Positions 26,941-32,000 of a stretch of DNA of 32,000 nt are shown here, piece after piece (within the stretch, counting starts at the first letter, position 1; every line of letters starts with the position of its first letter). Source of the stretch: Vibrio stylophorae (GTDB taxonomy: Bacteria > Pseudomonadota > Gammaproteobacteria > Enterobacterales > Vibrionaceae); NCBI RefSeq assembly GCF_921293875.1, contig NZ_CAKLDI010000001.1:1581915-1613914 (forward strand), written 5' to 3'. The notes under the pieces are model-generated. The model had not been told where the DNA came from and made no database searches. It saw only the letters and a program-made list of their open reading frames with translations. Both the position numbers and the translations under genes were made by a program.

Positions 26941-27687
26941 TTATTGCAAAACCATTTGCGATTCACTGACGGCTAAAAATGCCTGCGTAATTTGCTGATA
27001 GAGTCCATCTGTCCAATCTGGCGCATCATCAGGAACCACCAAAGGTTGCATACGTGGATCCGTAGGCGATATCACCACAGAAATGTTATCGATTCCAATA
27101 TCACTGGCCAGAACAAAAAGCTGCTCAATGGCTTCATCCCCCATGGCTAAGCAACCTATAGAAACGGCTTTGCCATGGATAAAGATATTACTACCGGGCT
27201 CTTGACGCCCCTCTTCTTTGGCTCGCGCCCAGTCAAACTCATTGGGGTAATTGAGCTTCATAGACAGATGATAGGTACTATTTGGATGCAACCAAGTAAT
27301 ACGATAGATCCCTTCTGGCACTTGTCGGTCGCCTTCACGCAATTTCGGTCCGAGCACACCGCTGGCGGCTTTGACGTCAAACTCACGAATAAGATGCCAC
27401 TGCTGATCCGCATCCTGCGCCCAAAGTGCAAGGCGTTTTTCCGCTTTCACCGCAAGCAGTGCCACCTGTTTACCCGGATAGGCGACCTGCGCTTTTTCAT
27501 AATAGGGCGCAAGCTTTGCCCGCGCCTTCTCACCATATTGCGCCACCACCTGCGCAACGGTTCGCTTTCCTGTCATCTCTTGCTTCCAAGGCACCCAGTA
27601 GGCTCGCCCATAAACATAAAACAAAGCGCTGGCTGCCATGACACCGATAAGACCCAGCCAGATCACCGTTCGCATCTTTGACATCAC
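26941..27687 (-). CDS. YkuD/L,D-transpeptidase-fold protein, YafK-like, membrane anchored
   Basis: N-terminal TM helix. LGPKLREGDRQVPEGIYRI and the catalytic motif IFIHGKAVSIGCLAM (HG..S.GC) parallel E. coli YafK. Confidence 0.85.
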   Translation of the reverse strand: MMSKMRTVIWLGLIGVMAASALFYVYGRAYWVPWKQEMTGKRTVAQVVAQYGEKARAKLAPYYEKAQVAYPGKQVALLAVKAEKRLALWAQDADQQWHLIREFDVKAASGVLGPKLREGDRQVPEGIYRITWLHPNSTYHLSMKLNYPNEFDWARAKEEGRQEPGSNIFIHGKAVSIGCLAMGDEAIEQLFVLASDIGIDNISVVISPTDPRMQPLVVPDDAPDWTDGLYQQITQAFLAVSESQMVLQ

Positions 27688-27740
27688 TAAATATCCCTAT
27701 TGCTGATGTGGCGCAAATGCTCTCCTATCCCTTCCTTATA

Positions 27741-28334
27741 TTAAATAAAGGTCAATTGCTTCTGTTTTTCTGCCACGTCATCATCATTGATTTCACGCAA
27801 AACACGGCATGGATTCCCGACAGCAACGACGCCGGCGGGAATATCGCGTGTCACCACGCTGCCTGCGCCAATCACACTACCTCGTCCAATCGTTACCCCA
27901 GGTAAAATCGTCACCTGACCGCCAATCCACACATGATCCTCAATGGTAATAGGCGCTGCGTATTCGTAGGCTTGCCTATCTTGCACGCTCAGCGGGTGAG
28001 TTGCTGTAGAGATCAGAACATGAGGTCCAATCAACACCTCATCGCCAATGGTCACGGGCGCGCAATCAAGAATGGTCAAATGATGATTGGCATAGAAAAA
28101 ACCTTTGAGATGAATGTTAAAGCCGTAATCACAGTAAAAATTTGGCTCCACATAAAAGCCTTGCTCGGTTTGAAAAAGCGCAGCAAGATGCGTGAGCCGC
28201 GAATCATCATCGGGCCGCGCATGATTAAAGTGATAACACGCCAGCTTGGCTTTCGCGCGCGCCGCTTTTAGCTCGTCATCCCATGGCTCATAAGGCATTC
28301 CTGCGATCATTTTCTCGCGTTGGCTCATGCTCAT
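27741..28334 (-). CDS. maa: Maltose/galactoside O-acetyltransferase family (hexapeptide-repeat left-handed beta-helix)
   Basis: From ATG 28334, MSMSQREKMIAGMPY aligns with E. coli Maa MSTEKEKMIAGELY. CDYGFNI, TATHP and the hexapeptide run VWIGGQVTILPGVTIGRGSVIGAGSVVTRDIP are present. The ORF-track N-terminal extension is rejected. Confidence 0.88.
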   Translation of the reverse strand: MSMSQREKMIAGMPYEPWDDELKAARAKAKLACYHFNHARPDDDSRLTHLAALFQTEQGFYVEPNFYCDYGFNIHLKGFFYANHHLTILDCAPVTIGDEVLIGPHVLISTATHPLSVQDRQAYEYAAPITIEDHVWIGGQVTILPGVTIGRGSVIGAGSVVTRDIPAGVVAVGNPCRVLREINDDDVAEKQKQLTFI

Positions 28335-28371
28335 GCATACATTCCTTTGTAATGGATAGTCATTGCGCGGC

Positions 28372-28794
28372 TTATTGCTCACTTGTACCAAAGTTCGCTT
28401 GCTCAGCAAGTTGATGGAGCACCCTCATCGCTTCTTCACTGCGCGATTCCGGCACGTAAATATGATCATGAAAATAAGCTGCAAGCACATTGGCACTGAT
28501 CCCCGCCTTGGCTAGAGCGCTCGATACCGCCGCCGTAAGCCCCACGGCTTCAAGGCTAGAGTGCACCGTTAAGGTAATGCAGTGAAACCAAGCTTCCACT
28601 TCAAAGCCATAGAGCATCGCCTGTGCATGAGGGACAATCATGGTCAGTCCCTCTTGCTCAAAATAGGTCGCTTTGGGCTCAATCACATGACGAATCGGGT
28701 TACTAGGCAACATGGTAATAAAACCATAACGCTCATTATCTAAACTTGGCGCCATACTGGCGAGCAGTTGATTTAAATTGGTTTCCCCGACCAT
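28372..28794 (-). CDS. ACT-domain-containing small protein
   Basis: From ATG 28794 (aaggag 6 nt upstream): MVGETNLNQLLASMAPSLDNERYGF..., with a C-terminal ACT-like segment VGLTAAVSSALAKAGISANVLAAYFHDHIYVP. Confidence 0.7.
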   Translation of the reverse strand: MVGETNLNQLLASMAPSLDNERYGFITMLPSNPIRHVIEPKATYFEQEGLTMIVPHAQAMLYGFEVEAWFHCITLTVHSSLEAVGLTAAVSSALAKAGISANVLAAYFHDHIYVPESRSEEAMRVLHQLAEQANFGTSEQ

Positions 28795-28821
28795 CTCGTT
28801 CTCCTTCTGTTTGCAAAGCAC

Positions 28822-29583
28822 TCAAAGTGCAGCCATTAATCGCGCAGTAATTGCCGCGCGATGCGTCTGTAAATATACAATATCATTGAGATAGCTTTGG
28901 CTATGACCCTGCGCAATATCCATGCTGAATTTGTCATCGCCCTGCTCTGATTGTGCTTTCATAAATGCCACAAGGCAATGCAACCGCTCAATCATAGTGT
29001 TTAGCAAAACAGCACGCTGCTGAGCATTCATACCATAGGCGTTGGCAAATATCAGCGCCCGCTCAATTTGCGCATCTAAATCACCCAAACGGTCCACTTC
29101 ATGGGTTTTAAAGGGCGCCCAACAATATATCGCATAAGCTAAATCCCAGACGCGCGGCGCGGGATGCGCGGTATCAAAATCATAAACGCCCACCACATTT
29201 TCACCTTCGCAGGTCACGTTATAGGGCGCAAAATCGCCATGGCAAATCACCTCCGCTGGCTGACGAGCGGGCAATAGCCAAATCATCTCATCATCCAGCA
29301 AGTCAATATAATCAGCTGATGCATCATGAAATTGACGTAATAACATGGCAGCGCTCACCAAGGCTTGCTCGCTGGCGATCGCCCCTTGCAGAGGATAATC
29401 ATAGGTGGTGCCAGGCACTAAGGTGAGTCGTTCCATCTTTTGGCCATCATGCCATTCAAAGCCCAAGGGCTTGGGTGCATAGGGAAAAGATGACTGTAAA
29501 TACGTAAGAAAATAATGAACGGTTGGCGAGCTGGAATTTGCGGCGCGCAGTACGGTATGCTGCGACATATGAACTTTTGTCAT
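28822..29583 (-). CDS. Aminoglycoside-phosphotransferase (APH)/choline-kinase-fold small-molecule kinase
   Basis: Catalytic loop VICHGDFAPYN, Mg-binding VYDFDTA, then VWDLAYAIY. SD aggag. An in-frame stop lies directly upstream of the ATG. Confidence 0.8.
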   Translation of the reverse strand: MTKVHMSQHTVLRAANSSSPTVHYFLTYLQSSFPYAPKPLGFEWHDGQKMERLTLVPGTTYDYPLQGAIASEQALVSAAMLLRQFHDASADYIDLLDDEMIWLLPARQPAEVICHGDFAPYNVTCEGENVVGVYDFDTAHPAPRVWDLAYAIYCWAPFKTHEVDRLGDLDAQIERALIFANAYGMNAQQRAVLLNTMIERLHCLVAFMKAQSEQGDDKFSMDIAQGHSQSYLNDIVYLQTHRAAITARLMAAL

Positions 29584-29638
29584 TTATCTCCTGTTGTCTC
29601 ACGACAAGTGGTTATTGATGGTTTGAATGATATAAAAA

Positions 29639-29667
29639 AGAGCGCCATCTTGATGTGATAGCGCTCT
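29639..29667 (-). terminator. Terminator after the orphan membrane-protein gene
   Basis: Minus strand: agagcgc / 15-nt loop / gcgctct followed by ttttttatat. Confidence 0.55.
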
Positions 29668-29696
29668 GTGATTCTGTAAATGGTATATCTCACTGA

Positions 29697-30158
29697 TTAG
29701 GGTTTGAATTGCTGTGATTTTAGTTCGAAGCGTAAATACCGAAGCTCCTTGAGCATATAACCAACCGCTAGAAACAGACTAGACATACAGAGAATCAGTG
29801 GTACATACGTAAAGAAATATACCCAGCTATACCAAGGATTCGAGCCCATTGATAGCAATTGCTGAATAAATAAAATCAAGGTAAGTAACATAGAAAAACT
29901 AAAAAATAGCGTGCCACAAATGATCAACGCTGCGGGTAAAAAACCTGTTTTTACTTTATCAAATCGAACCGCATCCTGCTTTAGAAGTAATGCTTGATAT
30001 GCAACCAATGCAGTCTCTTTGCTTTCTGCTTCAATACTATTTTCCACCACAATAAACTCTTGATATTTGAGTAAATTAATTACTTCACCAGCTTTTTCAG
30101 ACAACAAATCCACAGTGCTATATTCAGTTCCTTTGCGTAAGATGGTGTACATCCCCAT
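29697..30158 (-). CDS. Orphan membrane protein (soluble ~70-aa N-domain + 3 TM), low GC
   Basis: 153 aa. SD aaggag. Hand GC counts of about 37-38% on two 60-nt lines. No recognisable family. Confidence 0.6.
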   Translation of the reverse strand: MGMYTILRKGTEYSTVDLLSEKAGEVINLLKYQEFIVVENSIEAESKETALVAYQALLLKQDAVRFDKVKTGFLPAALIICGTLFFSFSMLLTLILFIQQLLSMGSNPWYSWVYFFTYVPLILCMSSLFLAVGYMLKELRYLRFELKSQQFKP

Positions 30159-30233
30159 GATGCTCTCCTTGCTTCATCTTTTTTGATATGGCGAATGCCC
30201 TATGAATAAGCACATGATTTCATGCGTTTCAGA

Positions 30234-30270
30234 AGAAAAAAAGGGCGGAATCATCGCATTCCGCCCTTTT
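30234..30270. terminator. Bidirectional terminator after yeiR
   Basis: gggcggaat / catcgc / attccgccc, with a 9-A run on the left and tttt on the right. Confidence 0.8.
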
Positions 30271-30308
30271 CAGTTAGCTATCACAACACATTGAAATAAA
30301 TTGATAAA

Positions 30309-31298
30309 TCAATCCATCTTCGCGCTAATCAATGCGCATTCAATGGCGTCCCAATCACAAGGCTGTGAATGAATCACTTCAATACGTGATTCAAACCCTT
30401 CAAGACTCATGGCACTTACCGATAACATGCCATCACTCATATTAAATACCATGCTACCTTCGCAGGTATTGACCACGCCTTTGGCTCGCTCAACGGGCAG
30501 TGTACGAAACCACTGGCGTAGCTTTGCTAAATCAAACACAGCCTCAGCACCAAAAATCCAGCCACAGCTGACATAGCCTTGCGCCTGATGCGCTTTACGT
30601 ACAAACGCTTGATCAGGGGCAAGTGCAAATTGTGGCTCTTGCGCCGCATGTTCATGATGGTGAGCATTTAAATCATGCGCCGGCTGATGAGAACGAATTC
30701 GACTCATTTGAATGCGCGGTGTATCAAGAAGGTTTAGTGGCAGCGCACCTTGTGCAATCTGCGCGATATTGGCATGTGGGTGATACTGCATTTGCCAGCC
30801 ACTGAGCGCTTCAAGTAAATCAGGGCGATAGCAATCACCTTTGCTGGCCACCAAACAATCGGCACTAAGCAGCTGATCAACATAGGGCTGGTGACTGGTA
30901 TATTGGCTATCAAGCAGATGCCGGGGGTCAACCAAAGCAATGGTGGCACGCAAATCAATATAATCGCGGTACTGCGCCGAGGTTAGCGTGGCGATGACCT
31001 GCTGCGGATGGCCAAGCCCCGTGGGCTCAATCAGCAAGCGATCCGGTTTTTGTCGCAGCAATGCGGTGATGCCAACGGACATTGGAACCCCTGCTGTGCA
31101 GCACAAGCATCCACCAGGGATCTCCTTAATCATCGCACCTTGCTCGCTCAGCATCGCGCCATCAATACCAATTTCCCCAAACTCATTAACCAATACCGCC
31201 CACTTTTCATTGGCCGGTTTATATTTCAGCAAATGAAGAATTGCGGTGGTTTTTCCTACACCAAGAAAGCCGGTGATGATATTGGTGATAACAGCCAT
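30309..31298 (-). CDS. yeiR: COG0523 (CobW/YeiR-type) metal-chaperone GTPase
   Basis: ITGFLGVGKTT (P-loop), WAVLVNEFGEIGIDG, GGCLCC (CxCC metal motif), LLIEPTGLGHP, and a His-rich insert RSHQPAHDLNAHHHEHA. Collinear with E. coli YeiR as I recall it. Confidence 0.9.
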   Translation of the reverse strand: MAVITNIITGFLGVGKTTAILHLLKYKPANEKWAVLVNEFGEIGIDGAMLSEQGAMIKEIPGGCLCCTAGVPMSVGITALLRQKPDRLLIEPTGLGHPQQVIATLTSAQYRDYIDLRATIALVDPRHLLDSQYTSHQPYVDQLLSADCLVASKGDCYRPDLLEALSGWQMQYHPHANIAQIAQGALPLNLLDTPRIQMSRIRSHQPAHDLNAHHHEHAAQEPQFALAPDQAFVRKAHQAQGYVSCGWIFGAEAVFDLAKLRQWFRTLPVERAKGVVNTCEGSMVFNMSDGMLSVSAMSLEGFESRIEVIHSQPCDWDAIECALISAKMD

Positions 31299-31345
31299 GG
31301 GGTTACTCTCAAATCAATGACGCTCAAATAATGAAGCGCAAATAA

Positions 31346-31369
31346 AGACGCGCTTATGATAGCGCGTCT
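31346..31369 (-). terminator. Hairpin/terminator between the 158-aa gene and yeiR
   Basis: Minus strand: agacgcgct / atcata / agcgcgtct followed by ttatttg. Perfect 9-bp stem but a weak U-tract. Confidence 0.5.
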
Positions 31370-31395
31370 TCTCACAAAATAGAGGCGAAATTACT

Positions 31396-31872
31396 TTAAT
31401 CACACACCAACCAGTTCGGTTTTTGGCGTTTGCGCCATGTAGCAAAACGTATTTTGTCATAGCGGTAAAAATTGCGATAAGCCGTGACAGGGTCACCCTT
31501 CACTTTATATTGTTCCGGCATCGCTTGTGGAAATTCTGTCAAACCACAAGCTGGGTAGCTAAATTGTGGCGCGAGGATCGCATTGAGCACCGCAATAGAT
31601 TTGTGATCTTCAGTTTTGTCATAGCGGTATCGATATTCAGCATTGAGCGCTTGTGCAAGCTGCGCGAGCCATAAAAAATTATCGTAGGAGTCTTCTACCC
31701 AAAGAACGCTGGGATGCTTTAAATGTGTCGAGCGATAAGGTGCTGCCATCCCTTTTTTATTCAGTGCTGTACAGAGAATTTGCACACTCTCTAATATCAT
31801 TTTTACCACATGCTGATCGCAATGATACTGCGCGCAGCGTTCAATATTTTCATCCAATACAAAGATATTCAT
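31396..31872 (-). CDS. Conserved hypothetical protein (158 aa); possible distant T4 endonuclease V / Pyr_excise-like N-terminus
   Basis: MNIFVLDENIERCAQYHCDQHVVKMILESVQIL: a short N-terminal strand, then DQH, then a conserved Glu. This is reminiscent of DenV [23 protein letters not shown], but the similarity is weak and judged by eye only. Confidence 0.55.
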   Translation of the reverse strand: MNIFVLDENIERCAQYHCDQHVVKMILESVQILCTALNKKGMAAPYRSTHLKHPSVLWVEDSYDNFLWLAQLAQALNAEYRYRYDKTEDHKSIAVLNAILAPQFSYPACGLTEFPQAMPEQYKVKGDPVTAYRNFYRYDKIRFATWRKRQKPNWLVCD

Positions 31873-32000
31873 GGCGGCTCCACTTCTCTTTCATCTAAGT
31901 ATAGTGCGACCGTGAATATGCTCCTTTTCATCACGCTTTGAATTTTTACTTTTAAATCGGTTGGATAACGCCTTTTCCTTATCCTCACCCGTCACCGCCA

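Noticed and set aside
26693-26998. 101-aa + strand ORF spanning the elyC 3' end, the bidirectional terminator and the 3' end of the L,D-transpeptidase-fold gene.
   Set aside because: It crosses a strong terminator hairpin and overlaps two well-supported genes. It has no SD and no recognisable motif.
31299-31345. Looked for a Zur box in front of yeiR.
   Set aside because: No palindrome resembling the recalled consensus is visible by eye. This needs a matrix scan, so it is left as an open question in the findings rather than called as a feature.
1-32000. Scanned for CRISPR-like regularly spaced repeats, IS inverted repeats with a transposase, integrase or recombinase genes, rRNA, reverse transcriptase or retron-like structures, and matS- or dif-like sites.
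   Set aside because: None was recognised. The only repeats found are the terminator duplications (4165-4410 and 16467/18381) and short tandem repeats at 13712-13738 and 14433-14468.

Overview
Chromosomal segment of a MukBEF-bearing gammaproteobacterium; the species cannot be determined from this window. The backbone is housekeeping. The gene order elyC <> cmoM-mukF-mukE-mukB matches E. coli. Other core genes are queD-queE, RNase BN/Z, tRNA-Ser(UGA), an ABC exporter, a LysE-family exporter, arsR/acr3, yeiR, a YafK-like L,D-transpeptidase-fold gene and a maa-like acetyltransferase. Three patches look compositionally foreign, based on hand GC counts of a few 60-nt lines (about 35-45% against about 52% in mukB/yeiR). 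(1) 1-4100: a 5'-truncated PLP decarboxylase plus two tandem GadC-family antiporter paralogs, lying on the 3' flank of tRNA-Ser beside a decayed duplicate of the tRNA 3' end and its terminator. (2) 16467-18407: a 562-aa lipoprotein gene bracketed by two identical 27-bp terminator hairpins directly downstream of mukB. (3) 29584-30308: an orphan membrane-protein gene insulated by terminators. I found no CRISPR array, IS element, integrase, rRNA or recognisable defence or toxin-antitoxin system. The observations most worth a second look are the decarboxylase/double-antiporter module, the lipoprotein cassette, a kinase-ACT-acetyltransferase operon, a SPOR + disordered linker + DUF1566-like secreted protein, a preQ1-I-like aptamer candidate in the queDE leader, and an ArsR with a non-canonical cysteine layout and duplicated operator core. 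All functional calls rest on motif recognition by eye, not database searches.
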